From NCBI GenBank assembly GCA_963669455.1, contig OY770026.1, positions 2,832,809-2,896,808 on the forward strand: a DNA stretch of 64,000 nucleotides, in the 5' to 3' direction. Made by a program: the position numbers and the translations under genes. Shown here piece by piece: positions 1 through 10,493 of this stretch. The notes under the pieces are model-generated. The model ran no database searches and had not been told where the DNA came from. It saw nothing but the letters and a program-made list of their open reading frames with translations. Position 1 is the first letter of the stretch. Every line of letters begins with the position of its first letter. Source of the stretch: Rhizobiaceae bacterium (lineage in GTDB: Bacteria > Pseudomonadota > Alphaproteobacteria > Rhizobiales > Rhizobiaceae).

Positions 1-306
1 GTGATTGATGAATTCCAGATCAACCAGCTTCTTCAGATTGTAGGAGACATTCGATCCCAGATAATAGCCGCGCGAGCGCAATTCGCCTGCGGTCAGCTCG
101 GCATTGCCGATATTAAACAGCAGCAGGGCCTGAATGGCGTTGATATCAGACCGGCCATTGCGATCGAATTCATCCTTGATAACGTCCTGAAGACGGCGGT
201 GCAGCCGTTCGACAAGCTGTAGTGATTCAAGATAAAGCGCGCGTATAGACGCTCGCTTCTCTTCTGCATCGGCCGGCTGTGCCCCGGCAGGCTGTGCAAT
301 CATCAT
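1..306 (-). CDS. MarR-like winged-helix transcriptional regulator (partial, C-terminus off window)
   Basis: Absent from the ORF track because it runs off the window edge. Reverse translation from ATG at 306 gives MMIAQPAGAQPADAEEKRASIRALYLESLQLVERLHRRLQDVIKDEFDRNGRSDINAIQALLLFNIGNAELTAGELRSRGYYLGSNVSYNLKKLVDLEFINH, a wHTH-type region. The listed 1..222 + ORF is its antisense shadow. Confidence 0.55.
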   Translation of the reverse strand, partial: MMIAQPAGAQPADAEEKRASIRALYLESLQLVERLHRRLQDVIKDEFDRNGRSDINAIQALLLFNIGNAELTAGELRSRGYYLGSNVSYNLKKLVDLEFINH

Positions 307-451
307 TTGGTGCCTCTTGTTCAACGCCGGTGGTTGTTTTTTTATCCCCACCATGACAGGCACAATATCGAATGCATCTAAAATTCGACTTAAACACCAG
401 GCTTAACAAGAGCTTACGGTAAGCCAGATGTTGCAAACGGCTAATTTTTTG

Positions 452-874
452 TTAACGTCGGACTTTGCGTTTTTCCAGAATAATCACGATCCGAAACGTG
501 CAATAGATCGCGGCGACCATCGCGTGCGAGACCACGACCGCCAGGCGCGCTCCGAACAATTCGGGAAAGCCGGCATACATAATTGCCTCGACGATAGCGC
601 AGCAAAACCACAACACAGGTCCCCACGACGCGGTGCTCCACAACCCAACCGCGGCGAAGGGAAACAGTACCGCCAGCGAAACCGCGGCCACGCGCCAATA
701 GACCGGCATCAGATCAAAGCGCCAGAAATCGCCTTCATAATAGCCGATCAGGCGCACCCAGTAGAGTGCACCAAACAACAGACAGTAGGCGGCAATAACG
801 CGATGAAACCAAACGAACGAGACCTCGGTGATGCCCGGTTTCAGCGTTGTTTCGTCGATATTGCCATTGATCAT
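452..874 (-). CDS. conserved integral membrane protein (about 4 TM helices), family not assigned
   Basis: 140 aa with hydrophobic stretches VIAAYCLLFGALYWVRLIG, VAAVSLAVLFPFAAVGLW, VLWFCCAIVEAIMY and VVVSHAMVAAIYCTF. Its ATG overlaps the upstream gene's TGA (ATGA at 871-874), suggesting translational coupling. Confidence 0.5.
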   Translation of the reverse strand: MINGNIDETTLKPGITEVSFVWFHRVIAAYCLLFGALYWVRLIGYYEGDFWRFDLMPVYWRVAAVSLAVLFPFAAVGLWSTASWGPVLWFCCAIVEAIMYAGFPELFGARLAVVVSHAMVAAIYCTFRIVIILEKRKVRR

Positions 875-1944
875 GCCGCACCTGCCCGACCGGCGTCCAA
901 TTCCAGCTCTTCTTGACCGAGAGATGCAAAATAGGAATCGATATCCGTCTGCTCAACCTGTTCGAGTAATGCCGGCTGCCAGCGGGGTGCGCCATCCCTG
1001 TCGATGACAGCGGCACGGATACCTTCGTAAAAATCCTGCGCTTTCAGCATCCGGCTGACGATCCGGTATTCCATGGCCATGCATTGGCGCATCGAAAGCT
1101 GCGCGCCTGCTCTGATCTGCCTGAATGCCACGTTGAGGCTAGTGGGCGATGCTTTTGACAGTCGGGCCAGTGTTTCGGCGGCGAAAGTGTCTTCGGCATC
1201 GGCACGGGTTTGCAGTTCGCCGGTCAGATCGGCAAGCGTCGTTGCCGAGAACAGATCACCAATCAGGGCAATCGCTGCATCATCGATTTCTCTTGGCGGC
1301 GTTTCACTATACCGGGCCAGAACCGTTTCGACATTATCGGCCTGGCTCAAATCGGCCATCAATGCATCGAGGCGCACGGCGCGCACGGCGTGGGTGGCAA
1401 GGCCGCACCAAAGACCGTCACCCCAGCCAAACCTGCTTCCCGTCAGGCCAAGCCAAAGGCCCATACCCGACGGCAATCGCGGCAGAAAGTGGCTGCCACC
1501 GACATCGGGAAAGAAACCGATGGTCACCTCGGGCATCGCAAAACGGGCGTTTTCAGTGAAAACCCGGTGGCTGCCATGGATTGACACCCCGACACCGCCA
1601 CCCATCACAATTCCGTCGATCAGGGCGATATAGGGTTTGGGATAGGATTCAATACGCGCATTGAGCCGGTACTCATCGGCGAAAAAATCATAAAGCGGCG
1701 AACCTTCAAGCCCGGCACGGTAGATGGCCTGAATATCGCCGCCTGCACAAAACGCCCTGCCCTTTGCCCGTATCACAATCGTTTTGACGCTGTCATCGCC
1801 CTCCCAGGCGCTGAGTGCAGCCATAATTGCGCGCACCATATCGTGGGTCAGCGCGTTGAGCGCATCGGGTCTGGCGAGCGTGATCACGCCCATGCAGCCC
1901 TGCTGCGCGAACAAAACCCCGGCTGTGGCGCCAAAATCGCTCAT
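871..1944 (-). CDS. enoyl-CoA hydratase/isomerase family protein (3-hydroxyisobutyryl-CoA hydrolase-like)
   Basis: Crotonase-fold motifs (RAKGRAFCAGGDI, IALIDGIVMGGGVG) and a roughly 350 aa length typical of the hydrolase subgroup. Start moved to ATG 1944 (MSDFGATAGVLF...). Confidence 0.8.
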   Translation of the reverse strand: MSDFGATAGVLFAQQGCMGVITLARPDALNALTHDMVRAIMAALSAWEGDDSVKTIVIRAKGRAFCAGGDIQAIYRAGLEGSPLYDFFADEYRLNARIESYPKPYIALIDGIVMGGGVGVSIHGSHRVFTENARFAMPEVTIGFFPDVGGSHFLPRLPSGMGLWLGLTGSRFGWGDGLWCGLATHAVRAVRLDALMADLSQADNVETVLARYSETPPREIDDAAIALIGDLFSATTLADLTGELQTRADAEDTFAAETLARLSKASPTSLNVAFRQIRAGAQLSMRQCMAMEYRIVSRMLKAQDFYEGIRAAVIDRDGAPRWQPALLEQVEQTDIDSYFASLGQEELELDAGRAGAA

Positions 1945-2065
1945 TGAACCTATTCTTTCAAACTTGCGAGAATGAGAACTACGGAGCCGCACGGGCCGCG
2001 TCAATGAGGGCTTTGTGCCAATCCAAAGCGCATGTTAAAAAGCCGCTCTATTCAGGAGAAGCCAG

Positions 2066-3097
2066 ATGAACAAGATCGGCCGTATCGTGCAAAGCGGCAC
2101 CCGCAGCGTTGACGAGATCACAGGCAGCCGTAGGCTGCGCAGATTGCGCCGGTTTGCATGGCTGCGCGACATGGTGGCCGAAAACACCATCACGCCGGCC
2201 GATCTTATCTGGCCGATTTTCGTGATAAGCGGCGAAAACGAGCATCAGGCGATTGACGGTATGCCCGGAATTTTACGGCATACGGTCGATCTTGCCGTCA
2301 AAGAGGCCAAGCGCGCCAAATCGCTTGGAATTCCAGCCATCGCGGTGTTTCCCTATATCGACCTGAACCTGCGGGATGAATTCGGCTCCAACATTCTCAA
2401 CCCCGACAATCTGATCAACCGGACGATCCGGGCGGTCAAAGAGGCGGTACCGGAGGTTGGCGTCATCACCGATGTTGCGCTCGACCCGTTCACGTCGCAT
2501 GGTCATGATGGCATTTTGCGCGACGGCCTGATTGTCAATGACGAGACGGTGGGGGTTTTGGCCGACGCCGCCGTTCTTCAGGCGGCGGCCGGGAGCGATG
2601 TTATCGCACCTTCGGACATGATGGACGGCAGGATTGGCGCCATACGTGATGCGCTTGACGCCAACGGTTTCCAGCATGTGTCAATCCTGTCCTATGCGGC
2701 GAAATACGCTTCTGCTTTCTACGGACCCTACCGGGAGGCCGTTGGCACCGGCGGCCTGTTGAAGGGAGACAAGAACAGCTACTATCTGTCACCGCCAAAC
2801 GCCGATCAGGCCATGCGCGAAATCGAGATGGATATTGCAGAAGGCGCGGACATGGTGATGATCAAGCCGGGCATGCCCTATCTGGATATCATCCGGCAGA
2901 CGAAAGACATGTTTGCCATGCCGACATTCGCCTATCAGGTTTCCGGTGAATATTCGATGCTCAAGGCCGCCGCCGCCAATGGATGGATAGACGGCGACAG
3001 AGCGATGATGGAGGCGATAATGGCCTTCAAGCGAGCCGGTTGTGACGGTGTTTTGACCTATTTTGCCCCGGAAATCGGCGAAATTCTCAACAAATAG
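2066..3097 (+). CDS. hemB: porphobilinogen synthase (delta-aminolevulinate dehydratase)
   Basis: 343 aa with full-length HemB-like sequence (SDMMDGRIGAIRDAL, YQVSGEYSMLKAA, active-site Lys context MVMIKPGMPYLDI). Confidence 0.95.
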   Translation: MNKIGRIVQSGTRSVDEITGSRRLRRLRRFAWLRDMVAENTITPADLIWPIFVISGENEHQAIDGMPGILRHTVDLAVKEAKRAKSLGIPAIAVFPYIDLNLRDEFGSNILNPDNLINRTIRAVKEAVPEVGVITDVALDPFTSHGHDGILRDGLIVNDETVGVLADAAVLQAAAGSDVIAPSDMMDGRIGAIRDALDANGFQHVSILSYAAKYASAFYGPYREAVGTGGLLKGDKNSYYLSPPNADQAMREIEMDIAEGADMVMIKPGMPYLDIIRQTKDMFAMPTFAYQVSGEYSMLKAAAANGWIDGDRAMMEAIMAFKRAGCDGVLTYFAPEIGEILNK

Positions 3098-3180
3098 GCC
3101 TATTTTCTTGATTCCGGCTTCCGCCGCTCCCATGTCAATGGTGCCGGAATGGCCGGCCTGAAAGGACAAAGGAAGAGGTT

Positions 3181-3657
3181 ATGCACGCCGAAATACTCGA
3201 AGGCGAAATCTTGCAGTCCCATCTCGATGACTGGCGGACTTTTGAAGGCGTTCGTACACGCCGCGTATTGGCGTTTTGCCTGGACTATATTGCGGTGGGG
3301 TTGCTTTCGATCCCGGTGGCGATTGTGGTTTTTCTACTCGGGATCATTACGCTCGGACTGGGCTTTGCACTGTTCGGCATTCTGTTTCCCGCTGTTGCGT
3401 TTGCCTATGTGTTTTTCACGCTGGGCGGGTCTGAGCAGGCGACACCTGGAATGCGGGCCATGGGTCTCAGGCTGGAGCGTCTGGACGGCAAGCCAATTAA
3501 CGGGGTTTTTGCGATTGTTCACACCGTCTTATTCTGGGCGGGCAATGTGCTGCTGACGCCGCTCATCCTGCTTGCGACCCTGTTTTTGGACCGCAAGCGC
3601 ACTGTCCATGATTTATTGCTCGGTACCGTTGTCGTCAGGCATCCGCAAATCGGGTGA
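3181..3657 (+). CDS. RDD family membrane protein
   Basis: 158 aa. R..AF.LDY motif near the N-terminus, three hydrophobic helices, and C-terminal RKRTVHDLLLGTVVV typical of RDD domains. Confidence 0.6.
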   Translation: MHAEILEGEILQSHLDDWRTFEGVRTRRVLAFCLDYIAVGLLSIPVAIVVFLLGIITLGLGFALFGILFPAVAFAYVFFTLGGSEQATPGMRAMGLRLERLDGKPINGVFAIVHTVLFWAGNVLLTPLILLATLFLDRKRTVHDLLLGTVVVRHPQIG

Positions 3658-3783
3658 CATTTTCTAAACCGGACCCGCACAGCAGAAAAAGAATTTTCCG
3701 TTGCAGCCGGCTTCGACATTGATAGCCTTCTAACCGGACCCGACACGGCATAAGATGCTCCCGACAGCTCTCGGGAGCCTTGC

Positions 3784-5595
3784 ATGGACCAATTTCATAT
3801 CTGGGCCACCTACCTGGTCATCGCGGCTACGGTGGTCGCCTATGCGAGTGAACGTTTTTCGCTGGAGCTTGTCGCCCTCAGCAGTCTTTCTGCGCTGCTG
3901 GCGCTGTTCTCGCTTTTTCCATTTACAGGACAGGCAGGGCTTTTAACCGTCGATCAATTGCTAGCGGGTTTTGCCAACCCGGCACTTGCAACCGTTCTTG
4001 CGTTGCTGATTGTCGGCCAGGGGCTGTTTGCCACCGACGCGCTGGACAGCGTTTCCAGTTTTATTTCCAAAATCGGCGGCTCGTCGGGCTACCGTTCCAT
4101 CGCCATCACGCTGATTGTGGCCGGTGTTTTGAGCGCCGTCTTGAACAACACACCCGTGGTGGTGATCTTTATCCCGATCATCACCTTGATGGCTGCGCGC
4201 AGGAACATCGCGACCGCCAGCGCGCTGTTGCCGTTATCCTATCTCTCCATCCTCGGGGGGATGACCACGCTGATCGGCTCATCGACCAATCTGCTTGCTG
4301 CCGGCGTTGCCCGAGATGCCGGTGTCAATATCGGTTTTTTCGACATCACCGTTCCGGGCCTGATCCTGGCGCTGGTGGGAAGCGTTTACGTCTTCGTCGC
4401 CCTTCCTTCCATGTTCCGCTCGCGAAACGAGGAGGCGGCAAATCCCGGCCGGATTTCAGGCGCCCAGTTCATCGGTGAAATCGAGCTTTCGGCCAATCAT
4501 CCGTTCATCGGCATGGAATCACGCGCCGGGCTTTTTCCCAAACTGAAGGAGTTGACGCCTCGGCTGGTGCTGCGCCGCAATACCAGCATCTTCCCGCCCT
4601 TCGAGGATGTGGTCCTGTCGCAGGGCGACAAGCTGATCGTCTCGGCAACCAGGCGGGATTTTGCCCGCGCGCTGGCCGGCGGCTCGGCCAACCGGGGGCA
4701 GAAACAGTCGTCTGACGAGGCCGGCAACCCGCCCCAGACCGGATATCAGGTGGCGGAAGCCGTGGTGGCGCCGGGCTCGCGCCATTCCGGGCGAACGATC
4801 CGCAATGCGGGGATTGAGACAATTTACGATGTCGATCTGATTGCCGTTCAGCGCAAGGGCCGTATGGGCCGGGTCCCGTTTCCGCAAATCAGGCTTGAAC
4901 CGGGTGATACATTGCTGGTTGGCGGCACCGAGGAAAATCTTAAAAACCTTCGCGCCAGCCATGATCTTTTGCTTCTGGACTGGTCGGCGGAGACAGTGCC
5001 GCAGCGGCGCAAGGCCGGTATCGCGGCGGCTATCTTTGCCGCAGTCGTGTTCAGCGCTGCCAGCGGCATGGTTCCAATTGCTGCGGCTGCGATCACCGGT
5101 GCATTCGCCATCATCGCGACCGGGTGTCTCACCTATCAGCAGGCCGCCCGGGCATTCGACCGGCAGATCTTTGTGATCGTCGGAGCGTCGGTGGCGGCAG
5201 CGGTCGCGCTTGAACAAACCGGCGGCGCGATGCTGGCCGCCCAAGGGGCCGTGCTGGCGCTCGACGGATATGGTCCGGCGGTGTTCCTGTCCGGATTTTT
5301 CGCAATTGTCGCGGTCATGACAAATTTTCTGTCAAATAATGCGTCCGCGGTGTTGTTCACGCCCATTGCGATCGGCATTGCAAATGCCATTAACGCCCCG
5401 CCGGAAGCCTTTGTTGCGGCAGTGATTTTCGCTGCCAATTCGTCGTTTGCCACACCGATGGGATACCAGACCAACCTGTTGGTGATGGGCCCCGGCAACT
5501 TCCGGTTTACCGATTATTTGAAAGCCGGGCTGCCTCTGGTATTTATAATATGGTTGACCTTTTCGCTTGTGGGGCCATGGTATTACGGATTGTAG
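3784..5595 (+). CDS. SLC13/DASS-type anion permease with central TrkA-C domains
   Basis: 603 aa. Multi-TM N- and C-terminal halves flank a soluble region with two TrkA-C-like repeats ([26 protein letters not shown]). Confidence 0.8.
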   Translation: MDQFHIWATYLVIAATVVAYASERFSLELVALSSLSALLALFSLFPFTGQAGLLTVDQLLAGFANPALATVLALLIVGQGLFATDALDSVSSFISKIGGSSGYRSIAITLIVAGVLSAVLNNTPVVVIFIPIITLMAARRNIATASALLPLSYLSILGGMTTLIGSSTNLLAAGVARDAGVNIGFFDITVPGLILALVGSVYVFVALPSMFRSRNEEAANPGRISGAQFIGEIELSANHPFIGMESRAGLFPKLKELTPRLVLRRNTSIFPPFEDVVLSQGDKLIVSATRRDFARALAGGSANRGQKQSSDEAGNPPQTGYQVAEAVVAPGSRHSGRTIRNAGIETIYDVDLIAVQRKGRMGRVPFPQIRLEPGDTLLVGGTEENLKNLRASHDLLLLDWSAETVPQRRKAGIAAAIFAAVVFSAASGMVPIAAAAITGAFAIIATGCLTYQQAARAFDRQIFVIVGASVAAAVALEQTGGAMLAAQGAVLALDGYGPAVFLSGFFAIVAVMTNFLSNNASAVLFTPIAIGIANAINAPPEAFVAAVIFAANSSFATPMGYQTNLLVMGPGNFRFTDYLKAGLPLVFIIWLTFSLVGPWYYGL

Positions 5596-5614
5596 GCCAT
5601 TAAAAACCGGAAAC

Positions 5615-6373
5615 ATGACGCACCATACACCGCAATCTCCCCAGTTCTTTCTGACCGCTCCGTCGCCCTGCCCGTATATCGAGGGAGAACATGAGCGCAA
5701 GGTGTTCACTCACCTTGTCGGGGACAAGGCGGCCAGTATCAACGATTTGCTCACCCAGGGCGGATTTCGCCGGTCACAGAACATCGCCTACCGGCCGGCC
5801 TGCGAAAACTGCCGGGCATGTGTTTCAGTGCGTATTCTTGCCCAGAAGTTTTTGCCGACGCGCAACATGAAACGGGTGGCCGGGCGCAATCAAGATTTGA
5901 TCGGGGTCGAAGTGGACGTTCAGCCAACCACCGAACAATACTCGCTGTTCCGCGCCTATCTCGATGCGCGCCATCGCCGCGGCGGAATGTCAGACATGAC
6001 GGTGCTCGACTATGCGATGATGGTCGAAGACACCCATGTCGACACCAAAATAATCGAATACCGAAAGCGCGGGCCCGATTCATTCGTGACCGGCCAGGGT
6101 GAAGGTGAACTGATCGCCGTTGCCCTGTCCGACCGTATGGCGGACGGGTATTCGATGGTCTATTCCTATTTCAAACCGGAACTGGCCGACCGGTCACTCG
6201 GCACCTATATGATCCTGGATCATATAGAGCGCGCGCATTTGGCAGGCCTTGAGCATGTCTATCTCGGCTATTGGATCGCCGGTTCAAGAAAGATGGCCTA
6301 CAAGGCCCGTTTCCGCCCGCAGGAGCATCTTGGCCCGGACGGCTGGAGCTGCTATGAGCCGATAGACGAATGA
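5615..6373 (+). CDS. bpt: arginyl/leucyl-tRNA--protein transferase (Bpt, ATE family)
   Basis: CPY(I/L)xG...E, C..C..C and GYxSxVYxFF motifs ([35 protein letters not shown]). Start set at ATG 5615 (MTHHTPQ...). Confidence 0.85.
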   Translation: MTHHTPQSPQFFLTAPSPCPYIEGEHERKVFTHLVGDKAASINDLLTQGGFRRSQNIAYRPACENCRACVSVRILAQKFLPTRNMKRVAGRNQDLIGVEVDVQPTTEQYSLFRAYLDARHRRGGMSDMTVLDYAMMVEDTHVDTKIIEYRKRGPDSFVTGQGEGELIAVALSDRMADGYSMVYSYFKPELADRSLGTYMILDHIERAHLAGLEHVYLGYWIAGSRKMAYKARFRPQEHLGPDGWSCYEPIDE

Positions 6374-6408
6374 CCTGCCGCAATACCTCGTGACGGAAAC
6401 TTCCCGAC

Positions 6409-7293
6409 TTGTTCAATAAGCTGCCCGACCATCTGAAAGGCCTGGTGCTTGCCGCTGTTGGCGGCTTGGTGCTGACGGTCGATATTCCTTTCCTGCGGCT
6501 GGCCAATGGTGAACCGTGGTCGGTGATGTTTGTGCGCAGCATCACCGTGCTGGCCGCGGTGATGCTTTTCGTGCTGATCACGCGGATGTCGGGACGCAAG
6601 CCACCAAGGCTGGTGCCCGGTAAAATCGGCTGGCTCGTGACCTTCATTTACGGGGCCGGTGCTGTTGCATTTCTGGCGGCGGTCTATTTGACGTCAACGG
6701 CCAATCTGGTTTTCATCCTTGCATTCAATCCGATGTTTGCCGCCCTGTTATCGTGGATATTCCTTGGCGAACGCCCCAAAACGGTAACCTTGCTGGCGAT
6801 GATTATCATGGCCGGTGGCGTGTTCATCATCGTCCGGGAAGGATTAGGCGGCGGTAATTTCCTCGGCGACATGCTGGCGCTTGTTGCGGGTTTTTCCATT
6901 GCGGCGGCCATTACCATCACCCGCGCCAGCGGCAAGGATATGGGCTTTACCGCGCTCGTCGCATCGCTGGTTCCGTTGGCCGTGTCGGGGGTAGTCGTAC
7001 TTCTCAACGGCATCATCATTGAACAGCCGCTATGGCTTTTGATCAATGGCGTGCTCATCATCCCGATATCGTTTTTCTGCCTGGCGGCGGCACCAAAATT
7101 CCTTACCGGCGCGGAGGTGGCGATGTTTTATCTGCTGGAAACAGTTTTGGCGCCGGTTTGGGTATGGATGATATTTTCCGAAGTCCCAAGCCGGCAAAGC
7201 GCCATCGGCGGCGGCATCCTGATCGTTACGCTGTTTGTCCATTCGCTGTGGCAAATGCGTTTTGGGCGAAAGCGAAAGGCTGCGCCGACTTAA
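6409..7293 (+). CDS. DMT superfamily (EamA-like) transporter
   Basis: 294 aa, about 10 TM helices, two EamA-like repeats. Confidence 0.75.
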   Translation: MFNKLPDHLKGLVLAAVGGLVLTVDIPFLRLANGEPWSVMFVRSITVLAAVMLFVLITRMSGRKPPRLVPGKIGWLVTFIYGAGAVAFLAAVYLTSTANLVFILAFNPMFAALLSWIFLGERPKTVTLLAMIIMAGGVFIIVREGLGGGNFLGDMLALVAGFSIAAAITITRASGKDMGFTALVASLVPLAVSGVVVLLNGIIIEQPLWLLINGVLIIPISFFCLAAAPKFLTGAEVAMFYLLETVLAPVWVWMIFSEVPSRQSAIGGGILIVTLFVHSLWQMRFGRKRKAAPT

Positions 7294-7346
7294 CGCTGCC
7301 CAATTGTACGGCGATCAGGATACTCCACCCTGCCAGTCCTGCCATG

Positions 7347-10300
7347 CTATTCGGCTGCTATCGATGCCGGTTGGGTTGGCTTTTCAAGCCGGTGAATGTT
7401 TTCCGGTAAAGCAAGAGCGCCTTCGATTGGCTCATCAACCGGGTTCGGCTTGACCAGCCAGCGGTAGAGCCGGGTGATAACCGCGCCAAGATCGTCCATC
7501 AACGTGTAGATGGATGGAACGAACACCAGCGACAACAGGGTCGATACCAGCAATCCGCCAATGACGGCTATCGCCATCGGCGCGCGGAATTCACCGCCAT
7601 CGCCAAATGCGAGCGAAGCAGGCACCATGCCGGCGGACATGGCGATCGTGGTCATGACGATGGGCCGCGCGCGCTTGCGTCCGGCATCGATTATCGCATC
7701 CTTGCGCGAAACGCCCTGCTTGACTTGATCAATGGCAAAATCGATCAGCATGATTGCGTTCTTGGTGACAATACCCATCAGCATCAAAATGCCGATCACA
7801 ACCGGCATCGACACGGCCGAATTGGTCAGCCACAGACCGGCTACGACACCGCCGATCGACAGCGGCAGCGACATCAGGATCGTCAAGGTATGGAACACGG
7901 AGCCAAACAGCAGGATCAAGACCACAAAGACCAGCAGCAGACCTGTGATCATTGCATCGCGGAAGGAGGTGAACACCTCGCCCATCACCTCGGCATCGCC
8001 GGTCTCCTGAATTGAAACTCCGGCCGGCAGGTTTTTGACCTGCGGCAATTGTTTGATCAGTGCCAGCCCCTCGCCAATCTCCGCGCCCGTGACCATATCG
8101 GCGCCGATGACAACGCGGCGCTGGCGGTTGAAGCGCTGGATTGAGGACGGGCCCTGACCGAATGTGATGTCGGCGATTGACGACAGGGGCACCACCACGC
8201 CGGATGGTGCCGGCACCGGCAATGTGCGGATCACATCGATATCGTCGCGCGCGGCTTCCGCCAATTGCACCCTGATCGGGATCTGCCGGTCGCCAACGGT
8301 GTATTTGGCCAGATTGGCATCAATATCGCCGATGGTGGCGATACGCAGCGTCTCGGAAATTGCCGCGGTCGACAGGCCCAGTTCGGCAAGCCGGTCCATG
8401 CGCGGTGTGACCACAACCTCTGGCCTGTCGAGTGCGGCGTTGGAGGTGATGGCACGGAATTTTCCGCTCGCGGCCATGGCTGACTGGATTTTGCGCGCTT
8501 CGCGATCAAGCGTTGCGCCATCGGTGCCCATGACACCGACTTCCAATTCGCGCACACCGCGGTCGTTGACGAAATAAGCCCGCAGATCGGGAATGGTGTC
8601 GAGCTTGGCAAGCAGGATCGTTTCGAGCTCGAACTGGGACACGTCGCGCTCAGATTTGTGCTGCAGATCGGCGACCAGTGTCGCGCGGCGCAGTTCCAGC
8701 GTGCCAAGAGGGTTTGAACCGCCAATGACATAAACGCTTTCAACCTGCGGCACCTCGAGCATCAGCGCAGTTGCCCGATCGGTCACTTCGCGTGTGTCTT
8801 CAAGCCTGCTGCCGGGTGGCAATTCGAGCGAGAAGACGATCCTTGAGGCATCCTGTCTGGGCACAAACCCCGACGGCAGAAAGCCGATGGCGTAGATGGC
8901 GCCTGCGAAGAAGGCGATGCCGGCCAGCATGGTTAGCCAGCGAAATCTGAGCGTGACCTTCAGGAACCAGGAATAAAACCGCATGAATATGCCGTCTTCT
9001 GGCTCTGGATGGCCGTGATTGCGCATGAAATAAGCCGCCATCATCGGCGTTATCAGGCGCGCGACCAGGAGCGAGAAAAACACGGCAACAGCGACCGTCA
9101 GGCCAAATTGCTTGAAATATTGCCCGGCGACACCGCCCATGAAACTCACCGGCGCAAACACCGCGATGATGGTGACCGAAATGGCAATGACGGCAAGGCC
9201 GATCTCGTCGGCGGCTTCAAGGGCGGCGCGGTATGGCGACTTGCCCATCTTGATGTGGCGGACGATGTTTTCGATTTCCACGATCGCATCATCGACCAGA
9301 ATACCGGTGACAAGCGTGATGCCGAGAAGGCTTACCAGATTGAGCGAAAAGCCCATCAGGTCGAGCACCCAAAATGCGGGGATAATCGATAAGGGTAGTG
9401 CTACCGCGGTGACCAGAGTGGCGCGGAAATCCCGCAAAAACAAGAGGACGACGAGGATGGCGAGACCTGCGCCCTCGTAAAGGGTTGCCATGGCGGAATC
9501 GTAATTTCCGACAGTGTATTCGACGGAATTGTCGACCAATGCGATCTGAATGTCCGGCCGGGAGGCTCTGAGACTATCAACCGCCTTGACCACGCGGGCA
9601 TTGACATCGACATCGCTTTCGCCCTTGCCGCGAAAGATGCCAAATGACACGACCGTCTGGTCGTTGATGCGCGCAAAAGAACGGGGCTCAGCCCAGGTAT
9701 CGCTAATGGCTGCGATGTCCGACAGGGTGACTGTTCGGCCTCCGGCGATCGGTATTTTGAGTGCACGCAAATCATCGACTGTGCCTGCGGCTCCAAGGGT
9801 ACGGATCGACTGGGCGCGCTCGCCAATATCGCTGCCGCCGCCGGTCAGATCGACGTTTGCGGCTCTCAGCGCCCGGTTGACATCGCCCGCCGAAACGCCG
9901 AGCGCGTTCAGGCGATCTGGATCCAGGTCGACCTGGATTTCGCGGTCGGCACCACCATAGCGGTCCACACGCGCCACACCTTTCAGGCCCTGCAATTTGC
10001 GGACCACCGTGTCATCGACATACCAGGAAAGCTCTTCCAGCGTCATCGCCGGTGCTGAAACCGCATAGGTCAATATCGCCTGACCTTCGACTTCGATCCG
10101 GTTGACAAACGGCTCATCGGCCGTTGCCGGCAGATCTGAACGGATGCGCTCCACCGCATCCTTGATGTCGTTGATGGCCGTCTGGGTATCGACTTCGAGG
10201 CGGAATTCGATGATCGTCGTCGAGGTGCCCTCGGTAAGGTTGGTGGTGACATTCTTGACGCCGGTGACGTTGGTCACGGCGTCTTCCACCCTTTTTGCGA

Positions 10301-10493
10301 CCTGTGTTTCCAGTTCGCTTGGCGCCACGCCCGGATCGCTCACCGTCACCGCGACGATGGGAATGTCGATATTGGGAAACCGCGTTACTGGCAGTTTGGT
10401 AAAACTCATCATGCCCAGCACGATGAGTACGACAAACAGGAGGACCGGTGCGACCGGATTGCGGATCGACCAGGCGGAAATATTCCAGTTCAT
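7347..10493 (-). CDS. RND efflux transporter permease (AcrB/HAE1-like)
   Basis: 1048 aa. N-terminus MNWNISAWSIRNPVAPVLLFVV, 12-TM architecture with two large periplasmic loops. Confidence 0.95.
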   Translation of the reverse strand: MNWNISAWSIRNPVAPVLLFVVLIVLGMMSFTKLPVTRFPNIDIPIVAVTVSDPGVAPSELETQVAKRVEDAVTNVTGVKNVTTNLTEGTSTTIIEFRLEVDTQTAINDIKDAVERIRSDLPATADEPFVNRIEVEGQAILTYAVSAPAMTLEELSWYVDDTVVRKLQGLKGVARVDRYGGADREIQVDLDPDRLNALGVSAGDVNRALRAANVDLTGGGSDIGERAQSIRTLGAAGTVDDLRALKIPIAGGRTVTLSDIAAISDTWAEPRSFARINDQTVVSFGIFRGKGESDVDVNARVVKAVDSLRASRPDIQIALVDNSVEYTVGNYDSAMATLYEGAGLAILVVLLFLRDFRATLVTAVALPLSIIPAFWVLDLMGFSLNLVSLLGITLVTGILVDDAIVEIENIVRHIKMGKSPYRAALEAADEIGLAVIAISVTIIAVFAPVSFMGGVAGQYFKQFGLTVAVAVFFSLLVARLITPMMAAYFMRNHGHPEPEDGIFMRFYSWFLKVTLRFRWLTMLAGIAFFAGAIYAIGFLPSGFVPRQDASRIVFSLELPPGSRLEDTREVTDRATALMLEVPQVESVYVIGGSNPLGTLELRRATLVADLQHKSERDVSQFELETILLAKLDTIPDLRAYFVNDRGVRELEVGVMGTDGATLDREARKIQSAMAASGKFRAITSNAALDRPEVVVTPRMDRLAELGLSTAAISETLRIATIGDIDANLAKYTVGDRQIPIRVQLAEAARDDIDVIRTLPVPAPSGVVVPLSSIADITFGQGPSSIQRFNRQRRVVIGADMVTGAEIGEGLALIKQLPQVKNLPAGVSIQETGDAEVMGEVFTSFRDAMITGLLLVFVVLILLFGSVFHTLTILMSLPLSIGGVVAGLWLTNSAVSMPVVIGILMLMGIVTKNAIMLIDFAIDQVKQGVSRKDAIIDAGRKRARPIVMTTIAMSAGMVPASLAFGDGGEFRAPMAIAVIGGLLVSTLLSLVFVPSIYTLMDDLGAVITRLYRWLVKPNPVDEPIEGALALPENIHRLEKPTQPASIAAE

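Noticed and set aside
1-222. Listed 73 aa plus-strand ORF at the window start
   Set aside because: Its sequence has no recognisable features. The opposite strand gives a convincing wHTH regulator with an ATG at 306, so this is an antisense shadow ORF.
4519-5244. Long antisense or alternate-frame ORFs inside high-GC genes. Examples: 4519-5244 (-), 15860-16741 (-), 38050-38610 (-), 39844-40764 (+), 43879-44784 (-), 56136-56876 (+), 61132-61887 (-).
   Set aside because: All lie fully within strongly supported genes on the other strand or frame. All have Arg/Gly/Pro/Ala-rich low-complexity composition, typical of stop-poor frames in 60% GC DNA.
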